From positions 67,022,001 through 67,086,000 of the forward strand of contig NC_043001.1 of assembly GCF_006345805.1 (NCBI RefSeq): a stretch of DNA of 64,000 nt, in the 5' to 3' direction. Made by a program: the position numbers and the translations under genes. Under the pieces are notes generated by a model. It had not been told where the DNA came from. It ran no database searches and saw nothing but the letters and a program-made list of their open reading frames with translations. Numbering within the stretch: position 1 is the stretch's first letter; each line of letters begins with the position of its first letter. Source of the stretch: Octopus sinensis. Taxonomy: Eukaryota. Positions 51,714 to 64,000 of this stretch are shown here, piece by piece.

Positions 51714-53859
51714 GCACACATATATATATATACATACACATATATATATATATACATACACACACACATATATATATACATACATACATACACCCATATA
51801 TATATATGTATATATATACACACACACTCATACATCCATGTAATTTACATGACAAAATAGCGGTGATCTATACATATGTCAGAATCCGTGAGTGATTGTG
51901 ACACATTTCTACTCTCTCTCCTTTATGCGTGTCATTTTGAAAATACAAACTGGGATTTGTTTCATTCTTAAATTAACAAAAATTTAAATTTAATTTGGTA
52001 ATTAGATTCTATAGAGGTAATTAAATGTGCATTGTTGTTGTTAGTATTGTTTAGCTCCAGCTGAGCCCTGACCCAGCATACCTTTAACTGAAAATATTCA
52101 ATCATGACCATCCTTTTATTCAGACACAGTGTACATTGTCCAATGTATCCTCCCATTCTATTAAAGTGGTAGGGTGTAATTTGAGGGAAATTTAGCTGTT
52201 ATTTCTAACACATCAAGTTATACCATCTTTTTGGTTCAAAAATACAATGTCTTATGAGCAGCTAAAAAAAATTGCAATAGTCTGCTGTTATCATCTGAGA
52301 AACATTGAAAAGGTGAGTAATATCTTCAAGAACTATCAATACTTGATAGATTTGAAGACAACAATGTAGTTCAGCTCTGTATATTTATTTAAACCAGCAT
52401 TAATACAATAGGAATATATTTACAATAAAGATTTAAACTTATAAATACTCTGAAGAGAGACAAAATGATGGATGTTGTGAATATCTGCCTGACATTTAGG
52501 GAGACATTTCAAAGGTCTTTATCAGTTAGGAAGTGTAGTAATAATTGTGACAGGTTTTCCATGTCTTAAATATTCACTGTTTGTCACATTTTGAAGGACA
52601 GTGGGATGGAGATATTGGAATAGCCATGTACCTTCACCAACCTAATATGACATCTCAATAAAATGAGATTTCAAAGTCAAAATATTTGTGTTTACCAACC
52701 TAAATCCTCCAAACATCTCAGATGCTGGGGACTCAAATCAGGTTATCAATAATGGTAAGTGGTCAATAATAATCATGAAATACTGATCATTCAACTATTG
52801 ATCACTGGTTAACAAGATGGTGAAATTTTCCGTTTATCTATGACAAAATACAACTTAAATGTTTGCATTTTTCAAGTTTTTTTTCATTTTAAAATTTACT
52901 GTGTAGCAATTGATTAATTATTTGGGTTTACCTCACAACCCAAAGTTTATAAGTTTAAACCTTCCCTCAAGTATTGTTTTTTTTTTGTCCTTAGGCAAGA
53001 CAGTCTACCCTCTCTGACCCAGTCAAGTCAGCTAGTACAATAAGGAGGCTAATGTGAAGTAAAGAATCAAATTAGAAAAAAGAATAAAGGTAAGAAACAG
53101 TTGGAGTGTTTGTAGAATGTTTAAAATGACAGATGTATTCTCAGCCATAGCTCAAGATAAAAGAATGATATAAATTCATTGTGGCAACAACTTGAAATGA
53201 TATAGAAGTATTTCTGGATGAAGATTTGTTCCACTTTACAGTACAAAATATTTAAAGAAGAAAATATAAATTAAAAATTAGAAATTTGCTGAATTTATTT
53301 TGTAGTTATTTCAGTTCATACTGAATTCTTATTTTTAGATGATTATATTTTGTTTAAATTTAATTTCTTAAAAAATATTTAATAAGAAAGCTTCAAGAAA
53401 TACCTTTAGTTATAAACATCCACAAAGAAGTGTAAATATTCTGTTAACCCTTTTCATAGCAATCCACCTGAGATTGCCACTGGGTTTTTGACACAAAAAT
53501 CTCATGTTTCAAAGTGTTTATCTTTAAATTAAAACCCTTCATTAATTGTACATAAGAACCTCTTTGTTATGTCTGTAAAACAGATTAATAATGAGAAAGT
53601 TGTTTATTTTGCCAGATCCCTCAAAATCCTTAAATATTTTCAAAATTAGCTGAAACACATTGACAGTGTATTTTATTAAGATTATGGAAATGAAAGAGTC
53701 CATGGATCCATCAATGTTAGGGAAAGTCTGATTGTCCTTAACATTGACTTTTGAGGGATAAAATATTGTTTATATAGGATTGGAAATTCTTAAAGGAATA
53801 TGATGATAATGAAGACAAAACTAACAACAACAACAACAACAACAATAACAATAATTGCT

Positions 53860-54950
53860 TCTGATCTAGATACAAGACCAGCAAGATTCAAGAGGAAAGG
53901 GGGTTAGTTGATACCATCATCCCTTGTACTTCACTGATACTGTATTTTAACAACCCCAGAAGGATGAAAGAAAAGTAAACCTCAGTAGGATTTGAACACA
54001 AAATTTAGAGTTGAAAGAAATAATACAAAGTATTTTATCTCACACAAACAATTCTACAATAATAATAATAATTGTTTCAAATTTTGGCACAAAGCCAGCA
54101 ATTTTTGTGGCAGGGTGAGGTGGGGTAATTCAATTACATTGATTCCAGTATTTGACTGGTACATTTATTGACTCTAAAAGGATGAAAGGCGAAGTTGCCC
54201 TCAGTAGTATTTTAAACTCAGCACATAAAAAGGACAGAAGAAATGCTACAGAGCATTTTGTCTGATGTGCTAATGATTCTGCCAGCTTGCCATCTTCTTT
54301 AAATTTTGGCACAAGACCAAGAATTTTGAGGGGAGGGAGCAAGTACTACTTGACTAGTTCTTTATCAATACTAGTACTTGACTAGTGCTTTATTTTATTG
54401 ACCAGGTGGAAGCTAATGTTGGCATTGGAAGGATTTGAACTCAGGACATAAAGAGCTGGAAAAATGCTACTAAGTATCCTGTTTGATGCACTAACAATTC
54501 TGCTAGACTGCCACCTTAATAATAATCCTTCCTACTAAAGGTAGAAGGCCTGAAATTTTGGGGAAGTGGGCTAGTCAACAACATTGACTCCAGTACTTGA
54601 CTAGGACATATTTTATCAACTCCCAAAAGGACGAAAGGCAAAGTCAACCTCAGTAGAATATGAACTCAAAATGTAAAAAGCTGGAAGAAAAGTCACTAAG
54701 CATGTTCTCCAGCATACTAATGATTCTACCAGATAACCACCTTTTTAATAAATATTTCTAACTTAAGTACATCTACATTTTAAAAGGAGAGGAATAATTA
54801 ACTGGTACTTTATTTTATTGATCACAGATGGATGACAGGCAAAGCTGGCCTTGGTGAGGTTAGAACTCAGAAATATTAAGAAAAGATGCAAGTAACTATT
54901 GTAAGGCATTTTTTCTGGTACTCTACTGATTCTGTAGAACAATAATAATA
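53860..54950 (-). mobile_element. Head-to-tail cluster of about five SINE family B copies
   Basis: Same units, mutually diverged, all in one orientation. Confidence 0.8.
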
Positions 54951-55693
54951 ATAACCCTGTCTTTATTGAATACTAAGGACCCATACATACAAAACATGTC
55001 ATACAAGGTGAGTTACAAAATATGTGGGGGCTTTATATATATATGTAATGGTTGGGGGTGATGCAGAAGCATACAGTAATAAATAATAATAATACAAATA
55101 ATATTGATATGAATTTTTTTCATTTTCTGTTACTAATTTTATAAATGAACCATTTACTGTGCAAGAAATATTTTCTTCATTCTATTTGCTTTTTTTTTTA
55201 CTAGATGTCTTATTTATTTCTATATTTTATTATTTAATAGATCTGTATCTCAGAATTGGTCAGAAAATTTACTGTAAAAGTCTCAGACTGCACCAAAAAT
55301 TGTAGGTACAATAAATAATATGTCTATACAAAACAAAACAAGAAATATATAAATAAAATGAATAGAATAAAAAGATGCATTTCTAAGATAGCAATTCTGA
55401 AAGTAAACAGCAACAAGAACAACATCAAAATAAATATATTCTTCAGAAGGCAAAAAGGAAGTAGAAGGTGTTTCTTCCCTTGAGAATAAAGTTTTCTTAG
55501 AGAGAAAATTACTGCAGTAATTGAAACTAGAATGACAGAATGATAAGGTGAAACAGAATGATGGAATGGATAAGGTAAAAGAATGATAGAACGATAAGGT
55601 GATAGAATGGTAGAATGAGATGTAAGTAGTATAAAACATTAAAGAAATGTCTATGGAAATAATAAATGGTAATGACATGTGTGTGTGTGTATG

Positions 55694-55738
<45 letters not shown>

Positions 55739-57126
55739 CCATATACATGTGTGTGTGTGTATACTTGTGTATTGTAGGATGTGTTCATTAGAACAATAGA
55801 GATTGCACACTAAACAAGACAATACTAGTTTAGAGCAGAGGAAATTAAAACTGTTGATACTTATGCTGATAAATGTATAGTTTGTTTTACTATGTAAGAA
55901 CTTCTCAAAACATTTTCATATTTGTGTGTATGTACATACATATGTATATGTAAGAGTATTTTATAAATTAAATGCTTTAGCAAAGAAACTGTGCTTTCAC
56001 TGCTTCAAAAGCTCATCAAATGTGATACTGAACTAGTGAAACTAGTGTATCGTTACTAAAACATTCAACATATAAACATTTATACACAGTATAACTTGTA
56101 TGGAGTCTTGTTTGGATTTCTAGTCTCCTTGATCCCCAACTGAGCAATTTTTCTATGTGTATGCATGTGTGTATGTACACACATACACATGCCATACATA
56201 CAGAAATTCAATGTGAAGGGTGGTAAAGAATACTGAGTTGGAGGGAAAAAATTTTTGATTTCCTTTTTGATCTGCTTTTCTTTTCTTCTTCTTTTTGAGT
56301 ACAACTAATGGGTGGAATGTAAATATTGAAATTGAACTTTAATAAATATAAAAACCACAGTTTCATCAATGTGTGTGTATGTGTTTCAATACACACACCC
56401 ATTAACAAAACTGTATGTATGTGTGTGTGTATATATATATATATACACACACACATATATATACATACATATATACTTATATATATATTGTTGACCTGAG
56501 GAGTGACTATACTTTTTAATTGGATTGTTTTATAATTAAATTTAAATTTAATTGTAATTCGATTTGAAATTATAGCCATGAAACGTACATAGTCTTTTTA
56601 CTTATTATATATTGTTTATTAATTTTTTGTACTTTTTGTGATCTAGTTATTTGTTTTATAATATATTTTATTGTTTCTTTATGATTTGGTTTATGTCTAT
56701 CATTGTTTGAATTACATAATAGTGGTGTTTCTCTTATTTATATATATTATATATTTGTATTGTGAAATTTGATTTAATACTAAATGAATTTTTCCTTGTA
56801 AGTTTGGAGTTATACTCCCTAATATTATATATATACACACACATATATATATATACATATATACACACATATATATATTTCGTTTTTGTATCAGAATATT
56901 CTTTATGCGAATTTGTGTGTTGAAACAAATTTTGTTGTATCTAGGGAGAACCAACATACCAATATAATTAACATACACATTGGTTCAATTCCACTCATCC
57001 AGTTTTTTTTGTCAAAGCTCTTTCATTGCTGTTTTGCGATTGGATATTTAATAAATGAGAAGAATTGAACCAGTGTGTGTGTCAATTATATAGGCATCAT
57101 GACTCTCCCTAGACATGATATAGATA

Positions 57127-58306
57127 CAGGAGTTGGATAAAATAATGGAAACACCTAGCATCATAATTTTGAAATATCTATAAAACCGTCAAAAGCTTGT
57201 TTATTTTTATGTATTTTGATTTATTATTAGTGTTGCTAAAATTGCTGTTTCTTTTCAGATGTCATCAGAAAAGGTAATTAAAATTTATTAAAAGGATATA
57301 TCTATTGGACTTTCAAAGAGGTCAAATTGTTGGTGCTCATATGGCAGGTGCAAGCATAATGAAAACAGCTGAAATGTTTGGTGTATCAAGAAGTATTGTC
57401 TTGAAAGTAATGACAGCCTTTGAGAAAGAGGGAAAAACCTCCTCATTGAAACAAAACTCTGGAAGAAAACCAAAACTTTCAGACAGGGACTGTCGGACTC
57501 TTATGTGAATTGTTAGAAAGGATCACAAAAGTACAGCTCCTTAAATTACTGCAGAACTTAATGACCACCTTGAGAACCCCATTTCCACAAAAACTGTTCA
57601 CCAAGAACTGCACAAAGACAAAAAACAAATGTTGCAAAGCATTTAGAGTGGAGTAAAAACCTACAGAATTGGTCCCTAGAATGTTATTTTCTTGGACATG
57701 TCATCCTTTACCCTATTTCCAACCACTGGCTGAGTATACATGTGGAGACAGCCAAAAGAAGCATTTGACCCAGACTGCCTTCTTCCAACATGGAGGAAGA
57801 TCTCTGATGATCTGTGGGGCTATATCTTGGAAATCTGCTGGCCGAATGGTTTCCCTTCATGGCAGAATTAATAGTCAAGACTATTTAAGCCTTTTATCTG
57901 ATTAAATTCATCCTATGGTTGCAGAACTGTTTACGGAGGGTAGTGCATTCTTTCAGAATGATAATGCACCAATTCATACAGCTAAAGTTGTTACTGAATG
58001 GCACAAGGAACATTCTAGTGAAGTTGAATATTTTATCTGGCCACCACAGTCCCCAGATCCCAATATTATGGCACATTTTAGAAAAACAAGTAAGGAGTTT
58101 ATATCCCCCACCATCATCACTACAAGAACTGGAGACTGTTTTAGCTGAAGAATGGACAAAAATTCCTTTGGAAACAATTCAAACTTTGTATGAGTCCATA
58201 CCTCGAAGAATTCAAGTTGTAATTACTGCCAATGGCAGTCCTACACCATATTAAAATAAATTTGTTTAAAATTTTAAGGTGTTTCCATTATTTTGTTCAA
58301 CCCCTG
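57127..58306 (+). mobile_element. Tc1 transposon, second copy of the 44396-45640 family, degenerate
   Basis: Same TIRs with TA flanks. DFQRGQIVGAHMAGAS, FQNDNAPIHTA, WPPQSPDPNI; small internal deletions. Confidence 0.95.
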
Positions 58307-59644
58307 TATATATACATATATATACATATACACACACACACATAAATATATATATATACACACACACATGGTATTCACTAATGCTTGTATTTATGTATAT
58401 GGATTCCTGGAATAAACTTCAAAATGCTGGAGTATTGGATTAAAAAGTATTAGCATATTTGTGATTGTATATAAATTCAATAATAAATTAATGTTTAACA
58501 GAAATGTCAACAATTTAACAGCTAAATATAATATATATATATATAAAGTATTTAGTTTGATGCTATATTAGTCTGAAGAAATGACTACTAGAACTTATAA
58601 TATCATATGGACTTATATAATTTATATGTACAACCCATCATGGTGATTGACATTACAAAATTGTACTGATTATTGAAATGATCATCACTGATTAAAAAAT
58701 GTAATATATCACCTTCATTCCTTTGTTTACTTTTATGTTCTATCAGTGCATTTCCCTAGATTTCCAGTTTGTATGGATATCTTATTTGGATATTACAAAT
58801 ATGATTAACCAAATACTTTTTTCTGATTTTGTTAACTATCCATACTGTTAACCAAGATCTTGCATGGAGTTTTGACTTGGTATTCACCTGGGGTTCCTAA
58901 ATTCCTATTCTTTAACACACACACACACTAGGTGTGGCCTTGTGCTAATATGAGAAACCATGACCAGGTGTATATATTTGATATCAGCTATATATACAAG
59001 TGGCAAAAAACTTCCATATTCACCATTCTTGGTAGTGTACGTTTTCAGTGGTTTTTCTGCTGCACCTGTGCATACATTATTGGTAGGTAAGTTACAGATT
59101 TCTATATTATTAACAATTAATATGTCATATTGCATTTATTCATTTAACTAATTAATTGACTTAAAAATATATATTTTATATTGTAATTTGTGGACAATAT
59201 ATCATCACTAGTTAAAGGAATCCAATGAGACAGTCACTGAGAATGACAGAAATGTAGTTTGAACCAGTCAAATCTAGATGCCTGGAACACATTTTTAACC
59301 ACCTGATTATGTTTATGGTGTTAGGACAAGCTTAAACCAGCAAATCACACTACCCTGTGTGAGTGTTACATATAGGCATGTGTGTGTAATTATAAGTATT
59401 ATTCAAATAATTTAATCAAACCTGAAAATTCTTTTACCTTTTGGAAACAGAACTCATAGCTCTTTGATTTCTGGCCTGAACACTGCCCTTAATATGATAT
59501 GAAGAATTTATTCAAGATATTTATGTAGGAAGAGCTTAAGATATGGTAACCATGTCTACCCACTATATTACATATGACCCTACAAGATTATACATAGATT
59601 TAAATCATATATGTGTGTGTCTGTGTGTGTGTGTGTGTGTGTGA

Positions 59645-59716
<72 letters not shown>

Positions 59717-59952
59717 CACACACTTTTATATTGGCATTTGTTAAAGAAACTGTATATTATAACATCCAGTTGATGGATGTATATATGAATTTGATTTTTT
59801 TTGCATTGTGGCTTTAGTGTTTTGATAATTGCTCATATAAATAGAACCTCATCATTTTTGTTTATTTGTGTCATGTTTTCCACATACTTCCTCCTTCATT
59901 CTACTCAGACATCCTTTCTTCATCATTCACTGCACCTAACCTCTGACTACTT

Positions 59953-60127
59953 TCACAAATCACTATCTAATTGATCATAAGGGCTAGCTCTTTGATACTC
60001 TGGTATCTTTTCAAACAATATATGTTCAGAATAAACCCTGCTCATGCTTTTCAACAAATGATGTAGTTCTTCCAGTGAGGGCCGATTGGCTGGGTGGCTC
60101 TGCCAACAGGATAACATCAAGCCATAC
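59953..60127 (-). CDS. Protein tyrosine kinase, last coding exon (subdomain XI and tail): (L)YGLMLSCWQSHPANRPSLEELHHLLKSMSRVYSEHILFEKIPEYQRASPYDQLDSDL*
   Basis: Acceptor tatatttcttcag; typical YxLMxxCW...P..RPS motif; phase 2 matches the upstream exon; TGA at 59953-59955. Not in the ORF track because it lacks its own start codon. Confidence 0.92.
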
Positions 60128-60572
60128 CTGAAGAAATATAAAGAGTGATCAATATGTTAGTCTTCATCATTTGCTATTGACATATATATATATATACAAA
60201 CGTATACACACACACACATGTATGTGTATATTTATATATTTTCTCATGTTCCCTTCTGTAAAAGAATTTCTCACCTTCCCGAGCATTAAACTAATACACC
60301 TGTTTGTTGTTTATACACCTGTCTTTTGTTTTTTTGTAAATTCCAACTTTATATATATATACACACACACACACACATTAGTGGTACAAAATGTTTGGAA
60401 ATTCCTTACTGAAGAAAATCCTGCAGATATATATGATATATAAGGTAGTTTTGTTTTGTTAAAAATAACAGCACAATGTTTGTTGTTTTGATTCTGCAAG
60501 GGTGCTAGAAACAGCCTTCAAATCACTCCTTATTATTTTTTTTTTCTTTAATAAAAATGAAGGATCCATTAA

Positions 60573-60752
60573 CCTTTTTGCTACCACCTTTGCTTCAATT
60601 AATTTTGAAAATAATTAAGAATATAGTAAAATAATATTGTCATCATTAAGCTGGTGTTTGGAACATAAATTATCATGAAATTTTAATGGAAAGCTTTTGA
60701 TTTAGATTACTTTAAAACAAGGGCACTCTCAGGCAGGTTGGAATGAAAAGGG
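60573..60752. mobile_element. piggyBac-type MITE, same family as 47413-47628
   Basis: TTAA|CCTTTTT...GAAAAGGG|TTAA. Confidence 0.7.
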
Positions 60753-61976
60753 TTAATTAATGAAGTTCTATGTACAGCATTAAGGCAGCAAGCTGGCAGG
60801 ATCATTAGCATGTCAGATAAAATGCTCAGCAGCATTTCTTTCTGCTTTTTATAGTCTGAGTTCAAATCCTACCAAAGTCAAGTTTACTTTTCATCATTTG
60901 GGGTTGATGAAATAAAGCACCAATTAGGAACTGGGATTCATGTAATCAACCTATTCTCTTTCCTCATAATTTTTTGTCTGGACCTCAGCAATGGACCAGC
61001 ATTCCATTCAGGCAGAATGTTGTAATCTCAGTCACATGTATACCATGGAAACTGGGTAACCAGCCTAATGAATCCTAGATATCAAGAGAAATAAAAAATG
61101 AGAGGTAAAGAGCTTGCTTCCCAACCACATGTTTCTGGGTTCACTTCCACTGCATGGCACATTGGGCAATTGTCTTCTACTATAGCCTTGGGCCAACAAA
61201 AGCTTTGAGTGGATTTGTCAGATAGAAACTGAATGTGTGTATGTGTGTGTGGGTATATATATATATATACAAACATAGATTTTTTAGGTATCAACTTAGA
61301 TTAGCAGTTAGATAAATTTGAACCCTATCACAAGCCCAATGAAAAGCTATGTTATATTAGCAAAGAATCAAATCATCCACCTGTATTTCTTAAAAAACAA
61401 GTTAGTAATATAGGAAGGCACATATCAATATCTTCAGATGAGACAGTGTTTCAAAATGCCACGCTGTATTATAATAATGCATTAAAGAAAAGTGGATTCT
61501 CAAAGATCCAGTATAGTGAAAATAATTCTAACAATAATAGACCACATAGAACTAGTTTTAGGAAAATTTTGTGGTGCTAGGCTTAAAAAATAAGTCCTGA
61601 GGTTGATTTGTTCAACTAAAACCCTTCAAGGTGGTGCCCCAGCATGGCCGCAGCAAATGATTGAAACAAGATAAAAGATATATACACAGCATTCTCATTA
61701 TTGTTTAACTCCCATTGTTTCCTATCTTGACATGAGTTGGACAGGTTTGTGACAACCCAATATTTCCCCACTTGGTCCAGTCCTTCATCACCAAACACAC
61801 ATACACCGAGAGAGAAAACCTCCAATGCTTATTGTAATATATGTCACATGTTTTTGTTACTTTGTTTATATAGTAGGATGTTCTTCTTTCACCAACCATT
61901 TTACAGACAGGACTGGTTGTATCATGTCACTAACACAATAAAAATTGCCAGGCACAACTAAACAGATCTCTCTACC

Positions 61977-62883
61977 TGCATTAGTTTGATGCTCAGTTTA
62001 AGATTCGAAAAAAAGGTTGTATGTGTGTAATATTTATAAATAACTTATGCCAGCATCCAAAGCAGATGTATGATGATGATATATGCAGATATGTCTTTGT
62101 GTGTGTGTGTACAGAATATTCAATATGTCAGGTGATATATATATATTCAGAATTACTGCTTTCTTAGAAAACTGCCATAAAAATACTTGGTGGCCATGGG
62201 TGGGATATCTTTGACCAATCTACTATACTATTTTATATATTTCATAAAGTATGTATTACATGTGAGTTATTTGAACTAATAAAGGGCTCTACATAAGTAG
62301 TCAACCTGCTAGAAAAAGTAACCAGCTATCATAAAAACGTGAATACATCAATCAGATTATGTAGTCTTAGATAAATTATAGAAGAGCAAAAGGTGGAATG
62401 GTCACAGCTGGAACACCTTCAAAAGTCTGTTGGATCAGGGCTGGTCTGGGGCTAAACAACAATAAAAACAATGGCTGTAATAGAGAGATTTGGATTAAAG
62501 ATGTGTAACACCTTGACCATAATCACCATTGTGCTTCTTTAAAAATATAATCTCCATTGAAATATCTCTGAAACGTTTACTTACAATTCAGCACTGCATT
62601 GTGGTGGCTGTGGCATGCGATATCCACTGGTAACCTTCTCACACACTTCCTGTGGTCCCATAGTTGGGTAAGGTGTCAGACCTATAAAGATAAGGCAAAG
62701 TTTACAGTGGCAAATATATATATATATCACCTGACATATTGAATATTCTGTACACACACACACAAAGACTATCTGCATGTATCATCATCATACATCTGCT
62801 TTGGATGCTGGCATAAGTTATTTATAAATATTACACACATACAACCTTTTTTCGAATCTTAAACTGAGCATCAAACTAATGCA
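61977..62883. repeat. ~170-bp inverted repeat arms (61977-62146 and 62717-62883) flanking a kinase exon
   Basis: tgcattagtttgatgctcag...caggtgatatat is mirrored by atatatcacctg...gagcatcaaactaatgca, with very few differences. Confidence 0.93.
62585..62681 (-). CDS. Protein tyrosine kinase, penultimate coding exon (subdomain X): (G)LTPYPTMGPQEVCEKVTSGYRMPQPPQCSAE(L)
   Basis: Acceptor tctttatag, donor gtaagt, 97 nt, phase 1 to 2. G.TPYP...GYRMP.P..C motif typical of tyrosine kinases such as FGFR/RET/Tie-type receptors. Earlier exons lie beyond the window. Confidence 0.92.
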
Positions 62884-63404
62884 TTCACAACCCCAACCCT
62901 CACCCACCCCCACCCTTACTTTCCCCACTCTCGTCTCCACCACATCCCAACGCCACCACATCACACCACACACCATCATACCACAACACACCACATCACA
63001 TCACACTACCACGCACACACTAGCACTGACCATTTCCCAGCATCCACACCATAATCCACATATGCACATGTCAAAGTCACCAGCTCTCTTCCACATGCAC
63101 ATATATGCTTTCTTATACACATGCACGCGCACCTTCATTTTGGGATCACCCCTGCTTTATTATCTCCCCTTCTTCTTAGCTCTCCTGAGTGACCCCTCTG
63201 TTTGGCATTCGCCATGATAGATCGCTAACTGCTACACATTCTTTATTTTCTCTCCTTGTTTCTTTCTGTGGAAGAGAGTAGGCTCGAAACATTAAAGACT
63301 TTTTCACTTCCAGAGCATTAAGCTTATACATCTGCTTATACAACCTGTCTTTGTCTTTTGTTTTTTTGTGAATTCTACCCCAATATATATATTATTTATA
63401 TATA

Positions 63405-64000
63405 TATCATCATCATCATTTAGCGTCCGCTTTCCATGCTAGCATGGGTTGGACGGTCCAACTGGGGTCTGTGAAGCCAGAAGGCTTCATCAGGCCCAGT
63501 CTGATCTGGCAGTGTTTCTACAGCTGGATGCCCTTCCTAACGCCAACCACTCCGTGAGTGTAGTGGGTGCTTTTTACGTGCCACACGCACAGGTGCCAGA
63601 CGGAACTGGCAAACAGCCACGGACGGATGGTGCTTTTTACGTGCCACCGGCACGGGGGCCAGGCGGGGCTGGCAACGGCCACAAATGGATGGTGCTTTTT
63701 ACGTGCCACTGGCACGGAGGCCAGTCGGGGCGTCGCTGGCAACGGCCACGATCGGATGGTTCGCTTACTTGTCATCGGCACTGGTATCACAGCTGCAATT
63801 TCCATTGATGTTGATCGACTTCGATTTTGGTTCTGCTTTCTGATATCTGATTTGATTTGGTTTGGTTTTGATTTTGATTTTCACTTGCCTCAACGGGTCT
63901 TCACAAGTGGAGTTTTGTGTCCCAAGAAGGAAAGGTATGTATAAGTTGACTGGCTACATACCAGGTAGAGGCCACGGGTTATGGTCTCACTAGTCTTGCC
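63405..64000 (-). mobile_element. RTE LINE 3' UTR and (GAT)n tail, same family as 17841-18440; continues beyond the window
   Basis: catcatcatttagcgtccgctttccatgctagcatggg..., ~57-bp tandem units, ends in cgggttatggtctcac. Confidence 0.9.

Overview
AT-rich animal genomic DNA dense in microsatellites and repeats. The SINE, RTE, Tx1 and Helitron content suggests an octopus or other cephalopod; this is an inference from repeat types, not a database match. Host coding sequence is sparse: the last two coding exons of a protein tyrosine kinase on the minus strand (62585-62681 and 59953-60127, spliced in frame) and one or two candidate exons of an unidentified plus-strand gene (2821-2943, 4538-4575). 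Everything else recognisable is transposon-derived: tRNA-like SINE families, RTE, CR1, Tx1/L1 and RLE-type LINE fragments, a young Penelope-like element, a Gypsy LTR/gag remnant, one mariner, two Tc1 copies, two Helitrons and piggyBac-type MITEs. The most interesting signal is a set of Tx1-type retroelements. Several carry ORF1 only. They stack head-to-tail at identical sites inside other repeats (a SINE head, a Gypsy LTR) with 9-16 bp target duplications, and share a 3' tail and hairpin with a second SINE family. There are also hammerhead ribozyme candidates, one with a compensatory U3-A8 core, and many long inverted duplications, one of which loops out a kinase exon. Boundaries of degenerate repeats are approximate, and all alignments were done by eye.
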